Positions 24,501-38,012 of a stretch of DNA of 64,000 nucleotides are shown here, in pieces (position 1 is the first letter of the stretch; every line of letters starts with the position of its first letter). A program made the translations under genes and the position numbers. Source of the DNA: Octopus vulgaris (taxonomy: Eukaryota); contig OX597828.1 in assembly GCA_951406725.2 (NCBI GenBank), positions 14,198,001-14,262,000 on the forward strand, in the 5' to 3' direction. The notes under the pieces were generated by a model. That model was not told the origin of the DNA. It searched no databases and saw only the letters and a list, made by a program, of their open reading frames with translations.

Positions 24501-27500
24501 TGGAACTAATTAAATTCTTGGTATTACGTGATCACAATTATTTTTCTTAATAGTAAAAGTATAAAAAAAAAAAAGAACTGAACAAACTTAATGCACCAAG
24601 TTAGTTTGAAAAAGTATTTTTTTTTAAGTGACTTGCAGTTTATGAAGAGAATGTGCATGGGTTAATCTGCAGTCCAAAAGTAATGCTGTTAACTATAGTA
24701 TCAAATATGAGACTTCATGTAGGTACATTATGATGTGGAGGTGAGGATCACACAGTAGAAGACATTAGAACCATAGGGAATTTAATTCAATAAGGTGGAT
24801 TTTTGATTCTTCAAAATATGTGTATTTATATATAAAACAGAGCCAATGTACTAAACACTTAGGATCATCATAGAGTTTTTATATATCTGAAATACGATAC
24901 CAAAGAGTTTCAAAACATTTTGTTCAGTAAATCTGAATCTTGAAGTAGAGTTTCATGATTTCAGAAATGGAACAAAACTTAAAAGGAACCCAGAGACAAA
25001 GAAAGAGAGAGAAAGGGATATAGATAAATATAATTTCTGTTTAAAACACAGAAATGATCATTTTAACATTAGATAAATGGGTAAAAAGGCAATTCAGATA
25101 TATAAAACAGACAATATGAAGATCCAGAGAAAACCGTGTATTGGAGGGTAATAACTGGCTTTAAACATTTTTAAATTTAGTATCAAAAGTTACCTCTGAT
25201 AGCCAAATAATTTTCTGTAGGAAAAACAATGCACAAACATAGCTTTATTGTAAACAGAAAAAAAAAATACATACATACACACATGGAAATACATAACGAG
25301 GAAGAATGGAAACTATCTGAAGTGAAATAACTTTTAAAGAACTTCCAGGGGTGAAAAAATTGTACAAATAACTATTTATCATGAAAAGATGGAGAATAAA
25401 AAAAGTGTAAGGTTTATGTTTGGATGTTCAAAGAACAATAATTTACTGAAATAAATCTTCAGACTTAACATTTTTTTTTTCTTCTTCCTTTCCTATTCTA
25501 TCATTACTAAATATTATTCAAATAAGCCTGCTGGCTATTTGTGACATCAGGACCTGTAAAGATACTGAAAGGCATTCCAGTGATGGCCATCCTTATCTTT
25601 GTAGAAGCATCTAAGATATTCTTTTCTATGCAGCTGGAGATATCACTCGAAAGACTTTTGTAGGATTCTTTTTCTTCTTGAAGGTTTGGGAAAGAATTGA
25701 TTCGATACATTACAAGGAAACTTTCCTTTCATACCATTTGCTTCAGCTTAATCCAGTTTCCTGGCCACCTCTAATTAAGGTGTCCAATATACGAAAAAAC
25801 AGATGAGGCTTAAGTAGTAAGTTCACTTGACTAATAGTAAAGTTCAACTCCATTGCTTAATCCAGATATCATTCAATCTTCTATATAGACTACATGATAA
25901 ACAATGTTATTGGCTGGAGCTGTCATTCAAAAGATTGTTCATAGTGCAAGAGTAATCAGATTGTTTACATTGCAAAAGTAAATGTAATGAAAGTGAGTTC
26001 AATTCCACCTTAAGCTCAAACATACTTAAAGACAACAGAACATCGAGAAGATGAAATTGCTTAAAACAGTAGAAAGAAAGAAAAAAAGATGCTAAGAATC
26101 TATAAGACTTATTTCAGTATTAGTAACACATTAAAAAGGTGTAATATAATTAAGAAATTTTCTATCTAATTTTTCACTTGATAAAAATTTTTAGATTTAA
26201 AAGAGTACTTGATGCTAAAGAGAGTATTACAATTACTGAAGCTGACATTTCACATTTTATAAAGTTTCATGTCTGAAGATCAGAGACATGAAACTAAATG
26301 TGAAGTGTCAAAAGTATTCGTATGAAGCTATTACAGAAGAAAACATAATGGAGCAGGGGTGTGGGGAATCAAGGCACGGTTGGTTTCGCTTTTTAACACA
26401 AAGAATTATAATACAGACACATAGGGATTAGCTAAATCCATACTACTGAGTTGTTTTTTTATATATATTTTTATGAACATCTTTCAAGAACACATGAACA
26501 CACTAGATTATAAATCAGCAAAACATGAAAAGAATAAGTTACCTGGAATTTTTAAACTGAGTTCACATTGGCTTCCTATGTGTGTGATATCAGCAGCTTC
26601 CCGATGTCTAGTAATACGTTCAGTAATACGAGAGGATGGTTCACCACCAATTTTCACACTGAATGGACTGCCTGTTAACAGAACAAGTGAACAACAGGGT
26701 TTTAACAATGAACACAAAGTAATATTAGAACACTAATTTAAAATACTAATTGATAATATGGCACAGATGTGATAGTGTTTGAGAAATTTGCTTTCCAACC
26801 ACGTAGTTTTGGGTTCAGTCCCACTGCATGGCCCCTTGGGCAAGTATCTTCTACTATAGCCCCAAGCCAGCTAGAAGCTTCTTAATGAATTTTGTAGATG
26901 GAGACTCTAAAAAGCCCATTGTGCATGTATGTGCATATTTTTGCATCTCCTACACTTGACGTCATGTGATTGTTGCAAATAAATGTTCATTTCCAATATT
27001 TTATGAAAACATGTTTAGTCAAGAGGAAATATCACTGTTTAGAAACCAGTGACAAATGGCAACAGGAAGGGTGTCCAATCATAGAAAGTCTGCTTCAATA
27101 AATTCCACCTGAAGCATGCAAACATGGAAACTAAGAAACGATATAGATATTTTGTGAGGACTTAATTTTATGTGGTACAAAGCAACTTCACTAGTGTTGG
27201 TGCCATCACAAAATGCATCGCCATAAACTATGTGAAGCAGTTGACTAATGACAAAATAAGTGTTAAGACACTTATTTTGAGAAAATGACAACTCTTAGTG
27301 CAGGTACCATAAAAAAATGCATCTGGTACTCTTAAGAGAGCAGTCGGGGATAGAAAGGCTGTCCAAATTAATTAAATTTCCATCTTCTTACTGCCAATAT
27401 TCTGGTGGTTCTTGACTTTATCAATCACCTCAAAAGGACCAAAAGGCAACTCTGATATAATGGATATAACAAAACGCCATAAGGTATTTTTTGATGCTAT

Positions 27501-28152
27501 GTTAATTCTGCTAAATGCCATTACAAAGAATAAAGAAAAATTTAATGCAATGTGGAATAACATTTTAGTAACAAAAACAAAAAAATTTTAATTATCAAAA
27601 CTAATTACCTGGAACATGGACATCAGCAAATTTGATGTTAATGATGTAGGTACCAGGTTCTGTGGGTTTGTAAGTAACACCACATGTACCATCATCGTTG
27701 TCTTTACACTCAATATCTGCCTTGCTGGGACCTTCAATGGACAAGCTAAGTCCACCATAGCCTGAAAGAATACAATGATCCTTTATGTAAAATCCCTGTG
27801 GCATATTGCAAGAAAAATAAATTTAAAAAAAAAACAAAAAAAACTTTCACTGTTCCTTTTAGCTTGAGATTTGAAAATATATTTAGAACAAAATTAACAC
27901 AGAAGTTAATGATCTATGAAACAGAAAGTAGAGGTATGGCTGTGAGGCAAGAAGTTTGCTTCCCAACTACATGGTTTTGGGTTCAATACCACTGCATGGC
28001 ACCTTGAGCAGGTGTCTTCTACTATAGCTCCAGGCTAACTAAAACCTCATATTGTGATTGGATTTGGTAGACAGAAGCTGAAAGAAGCCCTTTATATATA
28101 TATCTTTCGGAGAGGGACTGAGCAGCTATACGCACACATACATACATGGCAG

Positions 28153-28188
<36 letters not shown>

Positions 28189-31100
28189 TCATACACACAG
28201 ACACACACATGTATGCATGCATGCCTGCATACATACATAGAAGCTTCATCAAGCCAATGCCAGTGTCACATAACTTGCACTTATTCCAGTGGTACATAAA
28301 AGCACCTGTGTCAGCAGCACATCAAATCACATCACCCACAAAAGAGAAACTTTACAATCTGAGATGATAAAAAGGTCTTATAGTTTTTAGCTTTAGACAT
28401 GCGAGGACCTCTGAAATGCAAAAATTATACTTTACTTATAAAGGATCAACTGTACTACAACAACTTCTGACATTCTGAACAAGCAATTTGCATACCATTT
28501 CCATTAATCAGGTACTTCCTTATCCAGATGTCACACTAAACACTTCAACCAATTCCCACCAACCCAGAACTATAACAATCAGGATCTACAATATTACTTA
28601 TGATTTTCCTATAGATAACTAAAAGGCCTCCAAAGTTCAGAGGGGACAGATACCTCCTTGTCTATCTTAGGAACAATAAAACACAAATTGTACACACCAG
28701 CTTCTTTGGTATTGACAGTAAATTCATTGACTTGATTTGCCATTCCTTCAACAATTCCACGGCCAGTCACCTTCACCTTTCCAGCATTGCCCAACTCTCC
28801 TTCACCAACATAAATCCTAAATGGACTGCTTGCAATGTGTTGTCCGTTGCGGTAGACATTGACGAGATGCTCTCCAACTTCATGTGGAGTGAATGAAATA
28901 CCTGAAAAATAAGGACAGTACAATATGGATGAAATACACGTAGAATATAACAATCAGGATTATATAAATAGGCAGGATTAGTTACATGGACAAATATAGA
29001 TATAAAATGAATATAATTCTTTATACACACACCCTACTGAATCTAGAATACATAAGTGTGTGTGTGCATCATATATAATATAAAAAAGCGAAATTAATCA
29101 TCTTCAAATTTAAAAATACTTCAATTTTATTAAGTTTGACAAAGCTAGTATAGCTTTCTTCCATAGGTTGTACCTAGCTTTAAATGGGTTCTCTGTTGTA
29201 GAGTTTTTAGTTTATGCTGTAACAAAATGATTTCAAATCAAAGGTGAGCAAATATGCTGCCTATCTTATGATATATGCTGGGGAAGATGGTTTGTGATGC
29301 GCAGGCAGGCAGACAGACAGTCAATGCAAACAGTTATAGTTACCTAAGTGACCATTGGACAGCTTTTTCAAAATGCAAGGTTCCTCTTTGCCAGATGGAG
29401 TCTTGATCATTGCAGTTAGATTAGTTATGTCAGTTTCAGTGACCTTCAGAGATACTTCACTGCTGCTACCAACAGATATTTGGGCTCTCCTCCTTGGTTC
29501 ACTTGCTGTAAATAAACAAACAAACAATTTGTTAGATTAAAAGGATTTAAGGCTGAATACTTTCTTCTCTAAAATAATTTAGAAGTATTTTCATTTAATT
29601 TATTAAAACTGAAAGGAGTTATGAAATTTACTTATCTTAGATTTTTTTTTTAATGACATGCATCTGAAAATGGCCCAGTGGATAAATAGTGAATGGATAA
29701 GTTATTTCAACTATTAAATTACAAGACAAAAGTTCACATCTCCAGCAAGCAGTTTGTATTTTATTTCTGAACTGAACACAATTCTACATGGTTTCAGGTC
29801 AGCTAGCTCTAAGAAATAAGTAACTGGCATTTTTTTTTTTGCAAGGTGGGGAAAGTAACTTGCTATCAATGTTCTGTCCAAGAGAAGTTCTATCTGCACC
29901 TGAAGCAGGATTTGGATATTTTATGTATTCTGGCAATTCATGAAAGCATAAAGCTTAACTTTCACAACAGACTCAAATATTTGACTGAAACAAAATTAAT
30001 TGACAAAGTCCAGTATGGATTGGAAACTAAAATATATTTTTCAACTCAACTAAAAGGACTATCTTCTAAGTTTTTGTTTTAAAATTTTAATTCAATTAAG
30101 CTTATTAAAATATATAACAATAATTAGTTTAAGGTTTCTGAAATAAACCCCTGCCAATGTTTCACAAACTGGAAGATATTATCAAATGTATAAATAACAA
30201 TATTGACAGTAATATATATGTATTTATACAAAGTTTCAACTTACGTGTGATCTTTGGTTTGAATGGTGATCCAGAGATGTTGCTATCAGCAAACTTGACA
30301 GTGATACAATACTCTCCAGGAGCTGTAGGCATGTAGCTTACTGTACATGTACCGTCTTTGTTGTCCACACAGTTAATAGTGGCCTTAGAAGGACCTTCAA
30401 TGGACAAAGACAAACCGCCTGAAATGAAAAAAAAAAATCTTTGTCGTTAGTCCTCTTCCAAGCAACAAATAGGTAATCATTGTAGAAACAAGGGTAAAAA
30501 TAATTTAAACAGTTGTGCTTTATTCTTCATATTGTTGAGACTTATGTAATTGACACAGATCTATTGTAAAACATGTATCTAATACACACTTTTCTTTTCT
30601 TTAATAATCCCAATCCACAACAAAGTATTAAAGGTTCATTATTTAGATTATTGTGAAGGTGCATGGCTTAGTGGTTAGGGTGTCAGCATCATGATCGTAA
30701 GATTGTGGTTTCAATTCCTGGACCGGGCGACGCATTGTGTTCTTCAGCAAAACACTTCATTTCACGTTGCTCCAGTCCACTCAGCTGGCAAAAATGAGTA
30801 ACGCTGTGATGGACTGACGTCCCGTCCAGCTGGGGAACACATGCGCCATAGAAACTGGGCCCATGAGCCTGGCTAGGCTTTAAAAGGGCGCATTTATATT
30901 TTATTTAGATTATTATTTTATTATACATCTATTTTATAGAATGAAATATAAACTATTATATTGGTTTATAGTATACTATAGTATTGTAGCAGTAGCGCTC
31001 TACTGTAGGTTATGCTACGTTGTTGTTGTTATTATTATTATTATTAGGTTTTAAAGTCAATTTTGGTTCAACAATTGAGAAGTATTTTATACATGATGTA

Positions 31101-34100
31101 TGGTAGTTTTCTATATATGGAATTTTATAGTATCTGCTTTCAAAATCCCTTGATACACAAGGATTTTTTAAAAATGACTTTCCAATTACATGGTCTTGGA
31201 TTCAGTACCACTGCATGGCAACTTGGACAAATGTCTATTACAGCCCTGGAGAGATCAAAGCCTTAAGTGAATTTGGTAGATAAAAACTAAAAGAAGCCAA
31301 TCGTATGTATGAATGTTTGATCTCTAGTCTTGTCTTTGCATGATGATTGTGAAACAAGTGTCACATCATACACACAGTGCCATTCGTTCCCACTCTTCCA
31401 TAAAAACACTTGGTCAGGTGAAAATATTAACTTTCTTCAAAGCAACTGAGGGTTGGTGACAGGAAGAACACCTGATCACAGTAAAATCTGGTTCAATGAA
31501 TTCTATCTGACCTATGCAAATTTGGGTGAGTAGACATGGAGAAATGTTATGTATAGAATTTAGATTACATGATTCTAAATTCCAACATTGTGTTTTATTC
31601 ATGAATTAAAACTAAAAGTTTTGTTGAAGACAAAAATGTACAATAAAATTGAAAGAAAAGAAAAAGAATCAAACTGACCTGCGCCAGCGTCTTTGGTTAC
31701 AATGGTGAAGACAGCAGATTCGTTGACGACACCATGTGTAAGACCAGGTCCATGTGCAGTGACTTGACCACTGTTAATTGCGTCCACGTGGAAATGGAAG
31801 GGACTTCCTGTTAACAAAGAAAACAAAAAAAAAAACATTATACATGTGAAAATGGCTAAGTAGATAAATTTCCAGACGAATTTCTATTTTTGGTAAGAGA
31901 AAGAATTAGTTAACATGGGCCTAAAATAATTTGTAATAAAGGCATAAGGCTGTAAATAGTCAGCATTGTTGAGCCCAGTTCACAGCATATTTTATTTTAA
32001 CCCTGGAAGGATGAAAAGCAAAGTTGACTCCAGCAGGATTCTATTCAGAATCTAAAGAGACTGTGTCTAATGCTCAAACAATTCTTCCAAATCATAATAA
32101 TCCTTTCTGCTATAGGCACAAGGCCTGAAATCTTGTGAGAGGAGGCTAGTCGATGGATGACATGGACCCAAGTTCTTAACTGGTACTATTTCCTCGACCC
32201 CGAAAGGATGACAGACAAAATTGACCATGGCAGAATTTGAACTCAGAATGTTAAAACAGATGAAATGCTTCTAAGCATTTTGTCTGGCATGCTAATAATT
32301 CTGCCTGCTATCTACCTTAAAAAGAAAAATATGGAAGCAAAGAAGGTGTACAAAGAAAAAGAAAAAAAATGGTAATCTCACCATAGACAGGTTCATTATT
32401 GTATTGGATGTGAAGCTCATGCAAACCAGCTTCAGTTGGTTGGTAACGAACACCAACGGTACCATTCTTGTTGTCTTCAATTTTGGGATAAACCTTCTTA
32501 CCGGAAGGAGTGATAATGTGACCTAAGAGAATAAAAAACAAAATGTGAGAAAATACGAAATTTTTAACCACACAGCCATATGTTATGAGAAATATATATA
32601 TATATAAGACCAAGACCTCTGGAGATATGCTGTGACTTCAAAGACCCGACAAATAACGTGAGTTCAAGGCCGTTTCCTGCACCAGCTTCACATAGCAGCC
32701 CCAGCCGATCCAAAGAACCTTGGATCGCAGGACGACCTGCTGTGCTTATCTGGATCATAGGGCGACCTGCTGTGCTTGAGGAAACCTATTGAGTCAAGTA
32801 TATCAACATCAAAATAAAAATCAAATGATACCCGTGCCGGTGGCACATAGAAAAGCACCATCTGAATGTGGCTGATGCCAACCAATCGTTGCTGTTGCCA
32901 GCCTTCCCTGGCACCTGCACTGGTGGCACGTAAAAAGCACCCACTACATTCACAGAGTGGTTGGCATTAGGAAGAACATCCAGCTGTAGAAACACTACTA
33001 GATCAGACTGGAGCCTGGTGCAGCCTCCTGGCTTCCCAGACCCCGGTCGAACCGTCCAACCCATGCTAGCATGGAAAATGGATGTTAAACGATGATGATA
33101 CTAACCTGAGACAAAGTTGAAAACTGGGCCAACAGGGATGCAGAAATCTAATGGATGGTATGGTGCAGGAGCACTCTGTACTTCATCAACCTTAACTGGT
33201 TTGATAATATCATCAACCTAAAATGAAAAATAGAGAAAGGAGGGTGTGATCAGAATTGAATATCTGAATGAATAACAGCAGATACCCACAGCGCCCACAG
33301 CAGGTAAATTAAAGCATTGGTTAAAACATTAGTTAAAGTATTGGTAGTTTTAGAAGTGATTATTATTAGTGAAAGTAGCTGACTTCAAAGCCAGTGAAAA
33401 CACAATGGTTATGAATTAAAAGTGTATGATAGTATATACTCTAGTTTGGATGTGTAGTAATTTAATAAAGACACCAAATATGACAATATCCACACAAAAC
33501 CAGCATCAAGTATTCAATTTATTATTCCAGTATATTTCTAAATAAGTCTACTGTCCCAATATCAGTTTTAAATTTTTGCACAAGGCCAGCGATTTCTGGG
33601 AGGGAAGGAGTTGATTGCACTGGCTCCAGTGCTTGACTGATACTTATTTTAATCGACTCCGAAAGTATGAAAGGCAAAGTTGACTTTGACGGAATTTGAA
33701 CTTAGAACAAAGACAGATGAAATTCTGTTAAGTATTTTACCCAGTAAGCCAAGGATTCAGCCAGCTTACTGCCTTGTTCTGTACTAGTGTCGGTAAATGG
33801 AAGTGTGGTGTATATATAGGAACCCTAGAGCAGTAAAGAAAATACTTTTAACAGTCTTTTGTTTTGTTTATCTACACTCTAGAGTTAATGTTTTTCTTGG
33901 GTTATATTTCTTTCGTCCTTTTGTGAGAAGGGGGATTTGGTTAAATACCACTAAAACTCTGGGGTTGATTTAATGAGCTATTGCCCTTCCCTATATATTA
34001 AAAAAAAAAAAAGAAACTCAAAAGATAACTTTAATAATTGATAAATCCAAAGTTATATTCATCACTATGAGGAAACAAAAATTTTCAGAAACAGATTTCA

Positions 34101-37100
34101 ACTTAACTTAAAATTTCTTCCAAGACAAAATCCCTCCACAAAAAAATTTTTTTTTAAATGTATTAGAATAAGTTATAAATCTATTGCTTCTTTGAAGAAA
34201 CATTCCACCTGCCAGCCTAGTTTGATAGCATGTTTCTTACTGGTCTGTACTTCTTTCCCTCCCAGCTTTTGGGAAAGGAAAATATACAATTAACTTAAGA
34301 CACATGTCAAGTAAGAAAACTAAGCCAATCAGCTAGATTTAGAAAGCTATTATACACACAAAGAAAGATCATCAAAACTGTCTGAAACTACTCCTGGTTT
34401 TATGATAAAAATTTTCTGTTTTGAAGCAACTGAAACCTAAGATTTCAAACACCAACTTAATAAGGATAGTCATTTCACAAAATTACTTGTAGTTTTTCAA
34501 AAACTTAATGGAAACAAATACTGTATTTTTTAATGGAAATCAGGTAACAGAAAGGTTTGCTCCAAATCTGGCATGAAAATCCTTACTCCAACAGTAATTA
34601 AAATATTTTTTAGTTTTCCTTTTAAGACTCCTATGCCAGCAACCCTTAATAGGTGCATTCTTATACACTAATGCACTGAACTTGCAACAGTAAAAAATAA
34701 ATTGTATATGAATTCAAAAGGAAAACTGAAACAAGCTTCTAACATTACTTATCAAGTTAATTAGCTAATGCGAACTCAAAAAGGTTCATTAAAATGTAAT
34801 AACATCTACTTGCTTCACCTAATTAACACTAATGACTAATAAAACATGAATACAAATAGATTCATTGCAAACAATCAGATGACTGAACACATGGTTGATG
34901 ATTCCAGAAAGGTCTTACAAAAGAAAAAAAAAAGGGGTATTAAATTTATGCTACAAGTGAAAGGTTTTATGAAGTTTATAACTGCATGGAAAATTCTCAC
35001 TCACCAACACACTCCTAAAATATATTCCATATTAATTTGTAATTGAATAACTGGTGCTTTAAAGCCAAAATAAATTTGTGTTCTAGCATTAATTACAAGT
35101 TAGTAATAAACATGATTTGTGGTGGAAATTATTTTTTAAAAAATTAAGTTAATCACTCACAAGACAATTACATTGTGTTTTTACACACAGTGGAAAGCTA
35201 ATGTCCATAGAATTGTAATATTAAAGAGAAAATAGGTTTAATAATTTAAAATTTTTGTTAAGTTAAAAAAAATTGCAGTTGACTGACCACAGGTTGGGGA
35301 CAAAGAACCTGAAAGATAAATCGATTTTAGCTATAAATTCGAAATTAATAAACAATAGTCACAAGGGTAAGATTTAGGAGATAGGACGCAGGAAAATTAA
35401 TAAAAATATGAAGGTAGGATGACCAGTGATATTTGATATGGCCATTTGAAAGAAATGAGATGGTACGTTAAGAATAGGAAAGAAGGAAGAGAGCCGGGAG
35501 ATTGATTATAACATGAGAATCAGAAAAGCTAAAATGAAAGAGTTCATGTGGAAAATGAATAATCAACTGTTCAACCGTCTCTCACTTTTGAAATATCAAA
35601 AGATATGGACAGACAAGGATTGAGAGTGGAGTGGAGATAAAATGTATAGGTTTCAAGGCTGACTAAGCACTGTAAATGTTTCAAATAAAAACATTTGCCT
35701 CCAGTACTAAGGATTGGCAAAAAAACGAGGACTTTAACCATTTATTGGAGGAAACTATCATGCAGAGATTTGGTCAGAATTGAGATGAAATAGGAAGGTA
35801 AATGGTGTAGCATCCACGAACAGAAATAGAAAGGGAGCTAAAAGACTTTTGCTAACACTAAACTATTGAGAAATTCTAGGATCATCTATAAAGAGAGGCT
35901 GAAATCTGAGAGGTAACTAATTCATAGAGCTACAGTATAAAATACCAATTAATGTTGTACTTACCTTCTCTTTAGTTTCAAGGTAAACCTCATAGTCTGC
36001 AGAGTCAACTGCCTATAGGGGAACACGCAAAATAGGAAAATTGTCAAGAAACGAGCTTTCATGCAAGACATGCAATATATAGGGGCCCGTTGTGATAAAG
36101 GACCCCAATGAGATTTCTACACCAGCAGGATGTGCCTCAGTGTACAAGTGACAATATGTATATATTACACACATATATATTACATTATAAACATTTACAA
36201 CATAGAACACAGTAGTCAACAAAAATAATTATATACAAAGAGACAATGTGAATTGTATTATTATTTAAATATATACACTCTATACATAATTTTAAAGCAA
36301 ACTATTAAAAAGAAAATCGTGCATGCTTCTCAGGCAAGTTTTTAAATTTAGTGAAGTGAGAAGTTTGGTTGGTCGTCTTAGAAACAATACTTTAAGTATC
36401 AGTAGAATTAATATTTTACAAATATATATAAATATTTACATTTTCAGGAAATTAGGTAAAAAGTCATTTGTTTGGCTAATCGTGAGCATCTTAGAAGCAA
36501 CAGAATGTTAAGTAACCATCTCTCGCTTAGCACATCTAATATGAATGCAAAATTAAGTTGATAACTATGCAGCTTGAATAAAGAATTTGGAATAACAGTT
36601 AAAATTTTATGAATTGCATAAACATTAGACTGATGTAACATTTAGATAGTTTTAACAGCCGATACTACATGCTTGGTTAGATGATTTCTCTACCAGACTG
36701 CTTAAAAGGGCCATGCATGTTTTATACCATACAGCATAACAAAGAAAGGGAAAAAAGATTTCTCTTCAAGGCCAATAAATACTTTGGTTGTAAACAGCTG
36801 GTCACACTCTTATCAAAACACGATAACTACGTTCTAAACTAGAGTACTACACAGCACATAAATTAGATACCCTAACTCCATCCATACTGAAGACAAAATT
36901 CAATAAAATATATTTTTTAAAAAATTCTCAATGTGAAGTAGGTCCTTTATTTTACACAAATTTGTCATTTCAGAATTTAGGAACTGTTAGTTTTCTAAAC
37001 AATCTTTTAGGTGTTATCTTAGCATTGCCATAACAGAACCCACTAATTTAACATAGAATTCTTCAACAAAAGAAATAATTGCAGGACTTTACTACACATA

Positions 37101-37976
37101 CATACACACATTTGCATGCTGCTAACATTAACTGATTTCATACAAGAAATGCAACTGGCTCAGTTAACAAAAGAAAGAGGCAAACAAATAGCCAACAGCA
37201 TTAACAGAGTGCGTTCAATGAGCATGTAACTGCTTGGCTTAGTCAAGCTAACAGTAAATAAGTACCATATTTAGGTATAGTTCAAGGTCCAGCTAATACT
37301 TGAAGCAGGAGGAGCACTGCATGATTAACAAGTGTTTTTAGTTTAGAGCAACACCCTAATATCAAGCTATTTAGTAGATAGATCATCATATAAGCAATCT
37401 TGATGCAATCTTGCTTCAACTTATTTAACCACAAGAAGACTCAAGTTGACAATGAGGATATTTACATGAACACGTTTGATATAAATAGCAGTCAAATCTT
37501 CCTCAAATCAACTGTCTTATAAGGAAGGTCACATTAGATAACGAAGTCCAAGATGCCTCTATAAAGATGAGATGGTCACAGCTGGAATGCTTTTTGGTCA
37601 TAGCTTTGTTCAAATTTGACCCAAGGCTAAGTGAATTTGATATAAAATTAATGCTAGTAAAAATCAAATGACTAAATTTTTTAAATTTTAACTGAAAGGA
37701 GAAAAAAAAAAATAATGCAAGTCTAACAACACTAATTCTAGAGTGGGCGGAATGGAGAAAGTTTGCATGTTTTAATGGTAACAAAAAAGAAAATCTAAAA
37801 TAGCCTGAGAAGAGATAATGTATGGCTACTGCCCTTCATAAAGGCCATGCCATTCTAAGGTATTTTGGATAGATTCCAAAAGTAAATCTATGTGGGTGAA
37901 ACCAGTGTTGTAGTTTGCAATACATGTACAGCAGGTAACAGTTACAAAAACATAACATAACATAACATTTTTTTTA

Positions 37977-38012
<36 letters not shown>

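Noticed and set aside
32786-33064. Recurring ORFs with LDALPNANH (also 40318-40659, 47478-47669, 60526-60777)
   Set aside because: Antisense translations of the non-coding tail of an abundant retroelement, not a gene family
35161-35208. Short ATG-initiated unit [16 protein letters not shown] ending at a gtgagt donor
   Set aside because: No promoter evidence and it contains a stop if used as an internal phase-0 exon; too weak to call
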